Shown piece by piece: positions 13,886 through 27,720 of a DNA stretch of 64,000 nucleotides. The notes beneath the pieces were generated by a model, which was not told the origin of the DNA, ran no database searches, and worked only from the letters and a program-made list of their open reading frames with translations. The stretch's first letter is position 1; each line of letters opens with the position of its first letter. The position numbers and the translations under genes are program-made. Origin of the DNA: Octopus vulgaris (taxonomy: Eukaryota); contig OX597817.1 in the NCBI GenBank assembly GCA_951406725.2, positions 22,196,001 through 22,260,000 of the forward strand. The letters are read 5' to 3'.

Positions 13886-15117
13886 GAACGATATACATAT
13901 ACACATGCACACATATAGACACAAGCACACATACATATGCACGCATGCACACACACACACACGTACTCATGTACTCTGTCCTTTTATATCTTCGTATGGG
14001 TATACACTTTTTAAAAATACAATTTCTTTTGAATATCAAAGTATGTACATTTATTTAGCACTGATCTAGTTGTGTGCTTATCAGAAAGTGAAAGTGAAAG
14101 AGAGAGAGAAAATCTGAAAGAGTTACTTGTACTTGACAGAATGTTGTATGTAAGTGCAAAAATTAATAAGTCTGTGTGTGCGTTTGTGTTTAATGGGCAT
14201 TTAAATGTATACGTAATGAAATGTGCATGTGTGCCTATGTGAGTGAGTCTCTTATAACTCTGTGTGTGTGTGTGTGTGTGTGCATTTATGTACACAGGTA
14301 TTATTGCATCTGAATACATATATGAGATGAAATAATTTACCTACCAGATTTCTGAAATGCATTCATACAATTCCATATGAAAAATTGTATGGAAACTCAC
14401 TCGCCCCTACTTCTGAATTGAAATGCTTGTCATTTACAAAACACTCACCAGCATATTTATTTACTAAGTTTTGAAAGCCTTTGAGATGCTTATTGACATT
14501 GAAAAGGTAACAAGATAGCTTAATGGTGGGGGAAAGAAAAAAAAAAGAATAGAAAGGGATAGTAAGGAAAGAGAGGATTTCTATTGAGGAGGTAGTAGTG
14601 ATGGAGACTTTCAAGTTGATAATGTATCAGATTATCAAGAGTATGGTTTCTCAGTGAATATCTCTTAACATATGATTCATAATGTTTCAGTGCAGAGTAA
14701 GACGTTTGATTTTACTTACCCTCAATTTGCCAATCTAGAGATTTGTTTCCAGGCATTACAGGTTAAGGTTACCTTGCAATAGACAAATATCCTAAGGTCA
14801 TTGAATAAATTGTCTCCCATCAATTTCAAAAGGTCAAATCTTGTGTCAAAACTCAAATCTTAGGTCCGCATAATTGATGTTTGTAAATGGTTAAAATGAC
14901 TAAGTGATTCTGCTTCAGACTAACTAGTACATACAATAAGAAAATAATGTCTGGTGCCGGTGGATTTCAAAGTAGTTGGTTAATATAAAAATAAGAGAGA
15001 ATCACATATGTAGGTTGTCAAAGAATAGCAACTGCTGTAAAGTGTGATTAAAGCTGAGCTCTGTGAAACTATTTCAATTCCTTGTCAAAGCTAATTGATT
15101 TATATTTACCTCATTAA

Positions 15118-15338
15118 CCCTTTCAATACCAACCCAGCTGAAACTGGCTCTGGCTCTGTAGTACCAATATCTTGTTTTCATAAGTTTTGAATTCAAATCT
15201 TCCACCAAATCTTAGTCACAATTTATGTTCTTAACACTAGCTCAATGATAACGATATTATTTTACTAAATTCTTTGTTATATTTAAAATAATTGGAAGAA
15301 ACAAAGAGCATCTCAAAATAAATACAGTAACAAAAGGG
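15118..15338 (+). mobile_element. piggyBac-like MITE, family 1, first of a tandem pair
   Basis: TTAA-CCCTTT...AAAGGG-TTAA; homologous to 15343-15558 and 29090-29314. Confidence 0.8.
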
Positions 15339-15342
15339 TTAA

Positions 15343-15558
15343 CCCTTTTGATACCAACCCAGCTGAAACTGGCTCTGTAGTACCAATATCTTGTTTTCAT
15401 AAGTTTTGAATTAAAATCTTCCACCAAACCTTAGTCCCAATTTATGTTCCTACTATCAGCTGAATGATAACTAAGTTATTTTACTAAATTCTTTGTTATA
15501 TTTAAAATTAATTGCAAGAAACACAGAGCATCTCAAAAGAAATACGGTAATGAAAGGG
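15343..15558 (+). mobile_element. piggyBac-like MITE, family 1, second of the tandem pair
   Basis: Shares the TTAA at 15339-15342 with the previous copy; ends GAAAGGG-TTAA. Confidence 0.8.
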
Positions 15559-16154
15559 TTAATACCCTCATAATAACCTTACCAATGTTTTTACATAACT
15601 TCCAAAATGTAGTGCCTTTATGCCTGATCAAAAACAAAATTAATTATAAATTTTATAAGCACTAAATCAACCTTCTGTCTGTTAATTTAGTAGAAAGAGT
15701 ACTAAACCTATTTGAAATCACATCACCTTTCCAAATCCAACACATTGAATAAAGAAGGTACATACCTAGTTTCTGGAAAACACAAGTCCCATATTCGAAA
15801 ATGGATACACTGGATAAAGAATAGATACCATATTCCTGGAAAAGAAAGACAGTATTGTCACAGTTGAAATGCTTTTGACCAGAGGTCAGCAAGATCTGGA
15901 CACAGAACAAAACAATGAATGTATAACATCTTCTACCCATCTGCTAATTAGTTGGAACTCTGTCAATTCTAGGCTGACTATACTTGGCAGCAAGTATGAT
16001 TTTCATTTGATGTTGATTTTTGATATAGATACAAGACCTCAAATTTGGGGAATGGCTATAATCAAGTTGATCTTTCAGTACTTAGTTATTGGCCTCAGAA
16101 GGATAAAAGGCAAAACTAATATTACATTGATAAGTGGATGATTGAAATTATCCT

Positions 16155-16155
<1 letters not shown>

Positions 16156-16189
<34 letters not shown>

Positions 16190-16380
16190 TGTTTAATGTT
16201 CACTTTCCATGCTAGCATGGGTTGGATGATTTGACTGAGGACTGGTGAACCAGATGGTTGCACCAGGCTTCAATCTTGATCTGGCAGAGTTTCTACAGCT
16301 GGATGCCCTTCCTAATGCCAACCACTCTGAGAGTGTAGTGGGTCCTTTTACGTGCCACCGGCATGAGGGTCAGTCAGACA
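16156..16380 (-). mobile_element. Family C 3' end
   Basis: Homologous to 59442-59670. Other copies at ~30236-30365(-), 34130-34330(+), 35667-35856(+), 40222-40372(+), 44540-44940 (divergent pair), 50388-50570(+), 57721-57785(+). Confidence 0.8.
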
Positions 16381-16696
16381 CCTATATTTTCTACAACACC
16401 AAAGTACAGTAGATATACATATCAAGGAAAAACACTACACAGTATCTCCTCCCTTCATGAGAAACTCAACTAAATCCTTCAGAATCTCAAATAGCTTCTT
16501 ATTATAACCAAATATCTATGCTATAACCAAAACTTATTATTAATTGTTAGCTGCCCCCCTTTTTTATGACCAGAAAGTAATGTTGCTGTCAACAGCTTCT
16601 TCTTTAAAAAGAAGGAATGTTCTATAAACTAGATTACTGCTCACATATCTGCAGTAAAGCAGTTGTCGTCACACGAAATCCAAAAGTAATGACTTG

Positions 16697-17024
16697 ATAT
16701 GGATGATGGGGTTGAAGGAATCAGTGGAACAGCTGGCAAGGGTGAATGGAGTGCAGTGGTATGAACATGTGCTGAGAAGGGATGAGGATCATGTTCTGAG
16801 GAGAGTGCCTGAGTTTAGAGTGAGTGAACTATCAAAGCGAGGTCGACCAAAGTAAATGTGAAGGGACAGGTGGAGGCGAAGATTGGGAGGGTTGGCTTGA
16901 AGAGGGAGGATGCCCAAAACCAGATGGCAAGATGGTGTGAGGGCGGTTACTGTAGGAGTGAGGTAGATCCAGCTGCCCCCGTCAACGGAGACAAACCCGG
17001 ATTCAGATATTGGACAAGAAGAAG
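16697..17024 (+). mobile_element. Decayed RTE-clade LINE 3' end
   Basis: QWYEHVLRRDEDHVLRR...KRGRPK resembles RTE RW.GHV.R / RGRPK motifs; short (AGA)n tail; possible AATGACT(T)GAT TSD. Confidence 0.7.
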
Positions 17025-17885
17025 AATGACTGATTTAAAAAACTTCATTCACCACCAGACATCAACCTCTAGTACATTGAGTTATTATATCCTCTGTTTT
17101 TGCACAGTTGAAACATCAAACTTCTACTGCAAAAGCTCTCCTGCTCCCACCATCCTTACTGTGTCTCATTCTCAAACCTCCAGACCAAACATATATCTCA
17201 AAGACTGCAACCCTCAGCAAGTTACTCTATGTCTCCATATTATCTACATATTAATTTACACAAAGTTAAGGGGAAAGTGAATTGTATCAATGATAGCAGT
17301 TAGGAATTGTCTCTTCTGTTGACTGTATTTCCTCCCTAGACATCAAAAACATGAGTATTCATTTTACTCAACTAAATCAGGTACAACAGTGTGATTAAGA
17401 AATTCACTTAATAGCCATTTGGCTTTGGGTTTAGTCCCACTGAATGGCACCTTGGGCAAGTATTTTATTCCAATAACCCTGGGTCAACCAATACCTTGTG
17501 AAGGAATTTGGCAGACAAAACCTGAATGATGTAGATGTGAGTGTATGCATGAATGTTTACAATCTGTGCCGGGTTATAAATGGTATTGCCTCCACTTGTA
17601 GCTGAACTGTAAACAGGGACATTCGGTAAAATTTCTTGTTAACAAATCATCCAATCCACTAGTTCACCCCTCACTTGGAAAGGAACTAAAGACTGAGAAC
17701 AAGAAAGGGATCCATCTATATATATAATAGAGTATAAGTCACATACTGGGATTAGTGTAATCAATTGAAACCATCCTCATATACACCTCTCTCTAACCCA
17801 TGTTATCACAATGAAGCAGACATTTGTATTTAACCATGCTCTTATAAACAAATGTCTGATATAACTACATGGCTACAGATATATA

Positions 17886-18275
17886 TCTATATATATAAAG
17901 CTGAAGTTGTCTGTGTATGGCAGGTTTGGTAGCCTTCAACTAATGCTATCTCCTCCGAGACCCTGTGGCGCAAGTTGACCAAAATTGAGAGTATGATAGA
18001 AGAAGGCTTACTCTTCAGTCTGTAGCAGATAAAATTCAAATCGGACCATGTTAAGACCAAAAATTATTTACATCAAAAAGGTGCTTTTTTTCTATGAAAA
18101 TCCCTATTCTTTACGTTTTTTTGACTGCTGTGTCACCATTTTTCGGTGTATTTCAAACAGAAAAATGTACACTTAAAGAGAATAACAAGCAACATTATGC
18201 AAAATTATTACTTTTAAAAAATTCCGATTCTAAAGGGTCAAAACAAACCCAAGCAATGCCAGGCGATACTGCTAG
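17886..18275 (+). mobile_element. Non-autonomous Helitron
   Basis: A|TCTATATATATAAAG start; subterminal degenerate hairpin CCCAAGCAATGCCAGG; CGATACTGCTAG|T end; no TSD. Confidence 0.8.
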
Positions 18276-18342
18276 TATATATATATATATATATATTTCT
18301 GATTTGTATAATGAAACACACACACTCATACACACATACACA

Positions 18343-18383
<41 letters not shown>

Positions 18384-21300
18384 TAGCTAAAATTGAATTT
18401 GGACTACATTTCTATTGTTCCTTGAATTCTCTTTTCTAACTATGCATGTGCAATGCTTCCATTCTTGTAGGTATAAAGTCTAAGAGTTCTAAAGCTTGTG
18501 TTTTGTGTGAGAGGAATAATGAAGTGCTGGCAGGCAATTTGAACTCAGTGATATAATAACTGGCAGTCTGGGGTTGAGTGGTCAATATTAGGGTTTAGGA
18601 TCAGAATCATTAAAGCATTGGGCTGAAAGCTTTGCAGTATTTGTTCTGACTCATTATGTTTCTAATCTCAAATCCTGCCAAGGCAAACTCTGGCTCTCAT
18701 TTCACCAGGTCAATTAAAACAGAGTAGAAGTCAAGTACTGGGACTGAAGTAATCAACTGAAGTCATCCCCTCGAAACTGTTGGCTATGTGCCTGAATTAG
18801 AAACAATTATGAGGCCTTACGTGTGTATCAAAATGAAAAATATGACCTGAACATTACCTTTAACTGGTAGATTATAACTGTATAGGCAGATGTTTGCAAA
18901 TGAATACGAATGATGTCACCTGAAATAATTCAAACCTAAAGAGTAATTGATGAGTGACTGAGTTAATTGAAAAGATATTACAGATCTGCTCATCCAAATG
19001 TGTAATCATAGAATATGTGCTGAAAATTCATGATGATTGATGCTAGTGATGATGATAGCTATCATCACTATTGCCACCAACATCACCACCATTGTCATTA
19101 TCATCACAACGTTACTATTATCATTACTGTGGCTTTAATGAAATCATATTTATATCTTGCTTGCATGGTTTAGATGGAATCTGTATGATATAATGTCCCT
19201 TCTGTTCTCTGCACAACATGTGTCACCTCATTCATAATCCTTGACTATTTTAGTTCCGCTCTCACATTCACATTTCACCTTTGCCTTAGATGTTCTCACT
19301 ATCCTTCTGTTTCTGGTATATAAGCATTCTCCTTATCTATCAACACAAGTAAGGAAGATGATAATTGATAGTTTTCAATACACAATAAAGCTCTAATGGT
19401 TCAATAAAAAGTATTAGCTTTAATCATCAGATTTGCATTAAGGATGAAAATGTTGTCCAATTCTAGACAATTTAATACATATTCACTTGAAACATTTAGA
19501 TATGAAAGACATTTAGTAATTAACAAATTAAATTCGTTAACCTGGCATCCTTCATCAGTACAATATCCTTAATAGGATTAAGGCACAGCTAAAGTCAATT
19601 TATTTCTTCTCAGCCTTCCTTTGATATATGCCAATAGAAAATAGGCAATATTTAGTTTATTGTCTTCTTTATTTGACTTATTTGTTTCATTCTTTTTAAT
19701 GTCATTCTTGAACTATATTTATTTTCATTTTATTTTTGATTACACTTTGAAGTAGCACCCTTTTTGCAACATTTATGCTGAACATTTTATTTATTTACAT
19801 CTTAAATGATGTAATTTGTATCAGACTAAATTACCCTTATATTCTTTTGTTCTACTTGTGATTTCATCACTGCTTATACACTCAGTATACTCTCATTCAA
19901 AGCATGAGACATGTGTTCCATGATATAATATTCAAGTTCATTTTATGATAATGCCATGCATATTCTCTTTCATTATTCACAAGAAACCATAACATTTATC
20001 ATTCTTAATATTTCTCTCCCACAAACTGCTTTTCCCACATTAATTTGCATGGCATAAAGTCCATCTCTTTTCTGCCTTTCATTCTAATTGCAGGTAATTT
20101 TTATATTTTTCATTTTTTTTTGTTTCTCTCTCATTAGAATTGGTCTTTTCCCATTTCTCTAGTTTGCACATCAAATCAGTGGTCCTGATCTATTTATCCA
20201 TTTCACTTTCTATCAGTTTTATAAATAACTCTCTTTTTATGCTTCCACACCTTCGTGTATCTAATTTTCAAATCCCTTTTCTTGTTTACACTCAAACACA
20301 TTCTCTCATTATCTTTCTGTGCTGATGACCAGACATGCCACTTAAATTCTCCCTTTGATACCACCAGTCCCTCCAGAGATACGCCTCTTCTTTAATGCAA
20401 AGAAACAGATAATTTGCAGCATTGCCACAGTGTTAAATTACATTAGTGGATGGATTGGTTTTGGTGCAATTTAGAAATGTTAAGCAATCAATTAAAACAT
20501 CCATGGTTAACAATGAAACTAAATAGCATTTTCTTGCCGTTTCCTTTTATTTTATTTTATTTTATTTTATTAATTTTCTGTTTTGCTATGGCTGTTTTGT
20601 TCAGAGCTTGAAGCAGTGTTACCTTGTAATCAATTTAAAACTTCCTCCCACTTTCTCCATTCTAAACCCCCCACCAAACACACACAATTCTGCAGATTCC
20701 ACCATTACTAATTTGCATTGGTGACAAAAATATCTCACCAGTGCTAGTTGCAAATCAACTTGAAGGGATCTTCTTTGGAAAGAGTTAAACTGTTATGCAC
20801 TTTGTTACTTTGAACAGAGTACTGTTAAATATTTACAAAGTAAACTAATTCCTACTAAACGATCTATGTTATAAATATCAAAACGAACCACTAGTAATGA
20901 TTGTAAAACTACCTTGTTTGTTTTACTATCTTAGTAAAGTGACAGTTTTACTGTCTTAGTAAGTGACAGTTATGTACACTCTATATGGGTTCTGTTCATA
21001 AGAGGAAGGTCATTTGGTTCTGAAATAGGAAGTCGGTCTATTTGCTGAGTGAACCATTGAATATTGCACTTGTTTTTTTATTGCCTAGCAATGCCTTCCA
21101 CCACACACTTCCCACTGTCCCTGAAATAAAAGACAAATCTGACATGAAGACTTAAAGAAGTCAAGAAATTTTATCACCTGCACAAGCCATGTAATTGCTA
21201 TCAACCTATGAGTTTGTCAAGGTTCGAGTTATCTCGTTTTTCTTTAACTGTTAAACGATTCATTAAAAATGTCATTTTTATATTTTTCCAGGGAATTTTT

Positions 21301-21530
21301 TTCTCCCCCCCCCCCCGTGCTAAGATTTATAGTCATATGAGACTTTGAAATTCTCTAGTGAGGCTAATTATGAACATCATCATAAACAAGATGAAAACCC
21401 CACTTTCTCAATGACATGAAACCAAAACTAATAATGGTTTCTGATTTAGACCCAAGTAATTTTGAAGAGAACAGGCTCAGAAGATGCCAGCAGCTTCAGT
21501 ACTTAACTAGTATTTTATTTTATTGAATAT

Positions 21531-21946
21531 AGGCACAGGAGTGGCTGTATTGTAAGTAGCTTGCTTACTAACCACATGGTTCTGGGTTCAGTCCCACTGC
21601 GTGGCATCTTGGGCAAGTGTCTTCTACTATAATAGCCTCGGGCCGATCAAAAACTTTGTGAGTGGATTTGGTTGATGGAAACTCAAAGAAGCCCATCATA
21701 TATATGTATATATATGTGTATGTGTGTGTATATGTTTGTGTGTCTGTGTTTGTCCCCCCAACATCACTTGACAACCAATGCTGGTGTGTTTACATACCTG
21801 TACTTTAGTGGGTCAGCAAAAGAGACCAATAGAATAAGTACTGGGCTTACAAAGGATAAGTCCCAGGGTCGATTTGCTTGACTAAAGGTGGTGCTCCAGC
21901 ATGGCCACAGTCAAATGACTGAAAAGTGTAAAAGAGTAAAAGAGTA
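21531..21946 (+). mobile_element. SINE family A, full length
   Basis: Pol III A/B-box-like TGGCTGTATTG / GGTTCAGTCCC; CTTGGGCAAG; (GTAAAAGA)n tail. Confidence 0.9.
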
Positions 21947-22003
21947 TGGAGGAAACCATTAAGAACTAACGAGAGAGAGTTTTTCCTTATATATCTTTTA
22001 ACT

Positions 22004-22252
22004 TTGTTTACTTGTGACAATTAATGAACTGTGGCCATGCTTGAGCAGCCCCTTGAAGGATTTTACTCTAACGCATCAACCCCCAACACTTATTTTCTAA
22101 AGCCTGGTACTTATTCTCTCAGCCTCTTATGCCAAACCACTAAGTTATGGGGAACATAAACAAACCAACATTGGTTGTCGAGCCATGGTGGGAAAAGCAC
22201 AAACACGCACATACACACACACACATATACATACATACATACATACATACAT

Positions 22253-22297
<45 letters not shown>

Positions 22298-22310
22298 TAG
22301 ACAGACAGAC

Positions 22311-22408
<98 letters not shown>

Positions 22409-22560
22409 ACAGACAGATAGATACATATATGGCAAGTTTCTTTCGGTTTCTATTTGCCAAATCCACTCACAAGGCTTTGGTCAGCCTAGGGCTTTATTAG
22501 AAGATACTTGCTCAAAGTGCCATGCAGTGAAAAACTTCTTACCACATAGCCACAACTGCA
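22004..22560 (-). mobile_element. SINE family A variant with expanded (CATA)(CAGA)(TAGA) interior
   Basis: Reverse-complement homology to family A on both sides of the microsatellite. Confidence 0.75.
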
Positions 22561-22705
22561 TCTTTTTGTTTCTATGAAATTATGCATTGATGAAGTGGAT
22601 GACGCAGCTCTAATTGAAGCAAAATGGTTTTGTGACACACTAGCAAATAATCAGTTGGGAGTTAAGCTAAGGTAATATTTTGCAAATCACAATGATTGAA
22701 GAGAC

Positions 22706-23057
22706 TTGGGCAAGTGTCTTCTACTCTAGCCTCAGACTGACCAAAGCCATGTGAGTAGATTTGGTAGACGGAAACTGAAAGAAGCCTGTCATGTGTGTGT
22801 GTATGTGTACATGCATGCATGTGTGCGTGTATGTCTGTTTGTGTCTGTATTTATTCACCCACCACAGCTTGACATCTACTGTTGGTGTGTTTATGTCCCC
22901 ATAACTTAGCAGTCTAGCAAATGTGACTGATAGAATAAGTATCAGACTTAAGAAGCAAAATAAAAATAAAGTACTGGGTGGGTAATTCGTTCCTCTAAAA
23001 TTCTTTAAGGTGGTGCCCCAGCATGGCCACAGTCTAATGACTGAAACAAGTAAAAGA
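22706..23057 (+). mobile_element. SINE family A variant, head missing
   Basis: CTTGGGCAAGTGTCTT through GACTGAAACAAGTAAAAGA. Confidence 0.8.
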
Positions 23058-23085
23058 TGCATTGAAAGAGATAAGATAAATCTCC

Positions 23086-23480
23086 TACTCTTTTACTTGT
23101 TTCAGTCATTTGACTGCGGTCATGCTGGAGCACCACCTTTAGTCGAGCAAATCGACCCCAGGACTTATTCTTTGTAAGCCTAGTACTTATTCTATCAGTC
23201 TCTTCTGCCGAACTGCTAAGTTACAGGGATGTAAACAGACCGGCATCGGTTGCCAAGCAATAGGGTGGGGGACAAACATATACACACACATACATATATA
23301 TATATATACATATATACAATGGGCTTCTTTCAGTTTCCATCTACCAAATCCACTCACAAGGCTTTGGTCGGCCCGAGGCTATAGTAGAAGACATTTGCCC
23401 AAGATGCCACACAGTGGGACTGAACCTGGAACCATGTGGTCGGTAAGCAAGCTACTCACCACACAGCCACTCCTGCGCCT
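23086..23480 (-). mobile_element. SINE family A, full length
   Basis: Complete reverse-complement copy ending CTCCTGCGCCT. Confidence 0.9.
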
Positions 23481-23714
23481 CTTATATACATTACTAGTCA
23501 GTCACAATCAGGTTTTGTTAATGGAAGAAATGAACTCAATACTACACACTATTGAAATACTTGTCGGCTCTTTCTACATTGGTGCTATAGCATATGCTAG
23601 TGTATAATATAACACTTGACATTTAAGTCCATCAGCTATAGGCTAATGAGAAGCTTCTACTTTTGAGAAGCTTGCTACAAATAGCACCCAAATCTCCTTT
23701 CACTCATACCGAGC

Positions 23715-24083
23715 CCACCTTTTCAAACTCCACCTGTCTAACACCTGTGGACATGTTTACAAAGTCAGAAAGCAGCACAGCTCCCATGACTTTCAGAAAC
23801 ATTTTTTCATGCTAAGAGTTGCTGAAACATGGAACAAACTGCAGGCATCAGTTGTTAGTCGTCGGAGCACTGCATCCTTCAAAACTTCCATGCTTCCAGA
23901 GATTCGCCAACACTACACCTGATTTTCTCCCCTCCGTACACACGCAAGCATGTATCTGACTCATACACTGTTCACTTTCCAGACATTTGTACATTACTGC
24001 ATACACTTTATATGCTCTTGTGACAAGTTGTGGTGCACCTGAGCACTGTATACAATAATTTCATTATTATCATTATTATTATT
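23715..24083 (+). mobile_element. CR1/L2-group LINE 3' end with (ATT)n tail
   Basis: Translates FKLHLSNTCGHVYKVRKQHSSHDFQKHFFMLRVAETWNKLQASVV...ASFKTSML, matching the TRGH..K / FF..RV...WN.LP..VV pattern of CR1/L2 ORF2 ends. Confidence 0.8.
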
Positions 24084-25608
24084 ACAGAAAGGATAAAGGT
24101 ATTAATTAATGTAGCTTATGTAAATTGTTTAAAAAATAAAACAGGATAGTCATGGTTGGATATGTTTTGGACTTAAACAGCAGTGTCTCAGCAATGAAGA
24201 CACATTTTGCCAGTGACTAGATGTAGTCTGATGATCAATTTGATGGTTGTTGCATACTTCCCTGGTATGCAGGTGTAGTGTTGGCAAATCTCAGGAAGCA
24301 TGGAAGTTATTCTTTGACAGGAAAAATAGCAAGCAAGGGATGTGGCAGTTTTGATTTCAGTATATTTATATGTCAATGATTTGTTTGCAAATGGAAATAT
24401 TAAATATTGCAAAACCTCATCTGAATTCTAATAATTGGATTCTGATGAGGTTTTAAAATATTTAATAATTAGATTTGCACATAGATCAATGGCACTGAAA
24501 TAGCCAGTAATATTGAACCTATCATACATCTAATGTTTACCAAAAGATATATCAATTCTACATCAGTAATGGTATCATAAAGCAAAAAAAAAAAAAAAAA
24601 AAATCTACAGGTTCGTTTTGACCTGCTTGAGATAGCAGCCAAAATTCCCCTACATTCATGCCCTATCATATTAAAATTGAAAAACACAGTGGAAAGTAAA
24701 TCGACAAACAGTAAATATACAAAACATTGTGTATCATAGGTGGAACATCCTCCATTCATTCCAGGTTCATCAGGGGCTAGGGCTAACCAATAAAATTAAT
24801 GGTAATAGTAATTAATATGAACAAATAAGGAAGCTTCTATATGGCTCCTCAGCATTCTAGAGATAGCAACTAAATCTCCCACAAAGGTAATACATACTGA
24901 TTACTAAGCTTATTATTAAGTCCACCTTCCTAATAAAACATAATTTTTATCATCTGGATAATAATTAATAATATTAATTACTGTAGTCAATTAAACCATT
25001 TTTGTCAGCTACATTATGACTTGACATAACAAACAGAAAATTTACTGGTCCTTTAATTCTTAAAATATAAACTGACTGAAAATTATTGGCTGAAAATAGA
25101 AAGGATACCTTGGAAAATGTAGGATTCATGGGACAGAACAGTAACTACAATGATTGGATAATGTGTGAAATCCTAATTATGCAAATTAAAGTATGTTTGA
25201 TATATACTAAAGACATAGAGCTGGTGGACTATTGCCCCATCAATGTTACGAATGTCCCCCTGACGATGTTGTTAGAAGAGTTAAAAACATTCTTGGATAC
25301 TGTGTTCAAAGTTACGTGAAGAATATTTGTTGCATGACTTAGTCAGAGGACCTCTTATTAGGGCCTCCTTGATAAGTGATAAACTATGGCCATCACTTGC
25401 AAGTGAGTATTGGTAACATATACCATGGTTTTACTAATTGTTCCAGGAGGGTTATGAAGTCATGAACAAACACAGACACTCTCTTGGCCTTCCCATCTTT
25501 GATTCAGGGAAACATCCCAAAGGTAGTATCCTGGAAGAAGAGAGGGATGCACTAACCACTGGGGTAGTACAATTCTTCTTTTGATTCCTAAAGGATGAAA
25601 AGCAAGAT

Positions 25609-25946
25609 GGACCTTAGTAAGATTTGAACTGAGGGTACAGAACACCAGAACAAATATCAAAGCACATTCTACTGAACACTGCAACAAGTCAGCCATTTAA
25701 CTATCATGGTGGATTGTCTAGGGAGGAAGAACACTATGATCTATATATTGCAATGGCTGGAGGCAACATATTAGGGGACCATAGTAGGATTTGAACTGAG
25801 GGTACAGAACACCAGAACAAATATCAAAGCGCATTCTACTGAACACTGTAACAAGTCAGCCATTTAACCACCATCATGGTGGAATGTCTAGGGAGGAAGA
25901 ACACTATGATCCACGTGTTGCAATGGATGGAGGCAACATATTAAGG
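25609..25946. repeat. Tandem duplication, ~167-bp unit (25609-25775, 25776-25946)
   Basis: Two aligned units, roughly 90% identical. Confidence 0.9.
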
Positions 25947-27064
25947 TATTAAGTCATCCTTTGATTGGAAGTCCAGTACTAATGATTACAACAGAATGGA
26001 TCTCGTTGAAGGAAGGGACCCAAGGATAAGGTGATAGATCTGCACAGCAGATTAAATTCTACATCTAGAGACGCTAATCAGCATTTCATGGATTCTTTCT
26101 AGTTTGCTTCACATTCGTTCTGCTTTATCAGTTCTTGCCTAGCAACAACAATTTATCGACACATCCTACATCCCTATTAGCTGACTACTAAATCCATAAA
26201 AGACAGTTACCTTCTCTTCGTTTAGCTCATTAGGATAAATTCTTATGCCATTTCCTGCATCAAGAGCTGCTTCTACTCTATGAAATATTTGCAAATGACA
26301 ATAACATGAATTTTCTTTAAAAACTCATTATGTAAAAATTTCTAAAATTTATTGGTGCTATAGGGTTTTACTTCGTCATTTTTTTAAATTTATATTTCTT
26401 TCATTATTGATCTTAAGTAGAGAAGCTGCAAAAATTATTTGTATTCTGTACACAAGAGATGTGAAAACAAAATCTAAGAAAGAATTTTTTAAAAATCAGT
26501 AAAATATAACAGAAAAGAAAATAGTATTTCATTCGATGTAATTAGCAGAAAATGAATAAAATACTAGGAAAAGGTTACTAATAACATCAAATTGCTAAAA
26601 AAACAAACAAACAAACAAAATATATATAACCATAGTTATTTCATTTTTCAGAACAAGGACAATTCACGTAGTGGGAAGGCAGAATTAATTGAGAAGACTT
26701 AAAGAATATTGCAGATGTTTAGCATCATTAAAATATATGAATATACTATATATTGTGATAAATATGACTGTGGGTATAGCTGAGTACATGTATTTAGTGT
26801 ATGTGTGTACAATATTAAAATAATGACAAGTTTGAGGCTACATACAGTGTAGGAAGAAAATTGTCGCTTTAATCAACTCCATTATTAAAGTTACTTGTTT
26901 TATTGAATATGAAAGGATGAAAGGCAAGGTTAATTGCCATACCTGAATTCAGTAGATAACGGGACATTCAATAACCTATCAATTTTGCCATTTATCATTC
27001 TTAATAATAATATGAATATTAATACTAATACTACTGCTAAACTAACATTATTATTATTATTATT

Positions 27065-27620
27065 GAGTGAAAGAGCAAAGCAGGCCATCAATGTGACACT
27101 GGGGTAAAATATACGAAGCCCAGTATACCCATCATGACTACCCGTCTGATAAGGGCACACTAGGCACATGCATCACAACCATATGTGCATGACATGGTGA
27201 TCACATATCAAGATAAACAGCACATGACCATGCAGGTGAGGCTCAGTTAGAATTTTCTTCTGGTCGAGTAACCCATCCCGCTCAAAATGTCCCTGAATAA
27301 GGGTTGTTTAAGGAAGTTGAACGAACCACCCATGTTTCCAAATGTGATTTATCCAAAACTACAAGAATCCCTTTCAACACACAACTATGATGCTCCCTCA
27401 ATACTTCTGCTTGTGATCAGAGATGCACATATTGTCAGCCACTAAGGGACATGCTCAACTGGTTAAGGTCAAACAACTGACAAGCAAATCTGTGGTATTG
27501 AGTAGAATATTTGCTGTAGCCCATCTTTGATACCAAGACAAAACAACGTACATGATACACTTCCAATCAGTTAAGATCAGAAACCATGAGAGCCAATGCC
27601 TGGTACTGCATCAGGGCATT
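27065..27620. repeat. Unclassified ~550-bp interspersed-repeat candidate between (TTA)n tracts
   Basis: Higher-GC block bounded on both sides by TTA microsatellite; single copy in this window. Confidence 0.4.
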
Positions 27621-27655
27621 TATTATTATCATTATTATTATTATTATTATGATTA

Positions 27656-27720
<65 letters not shown>

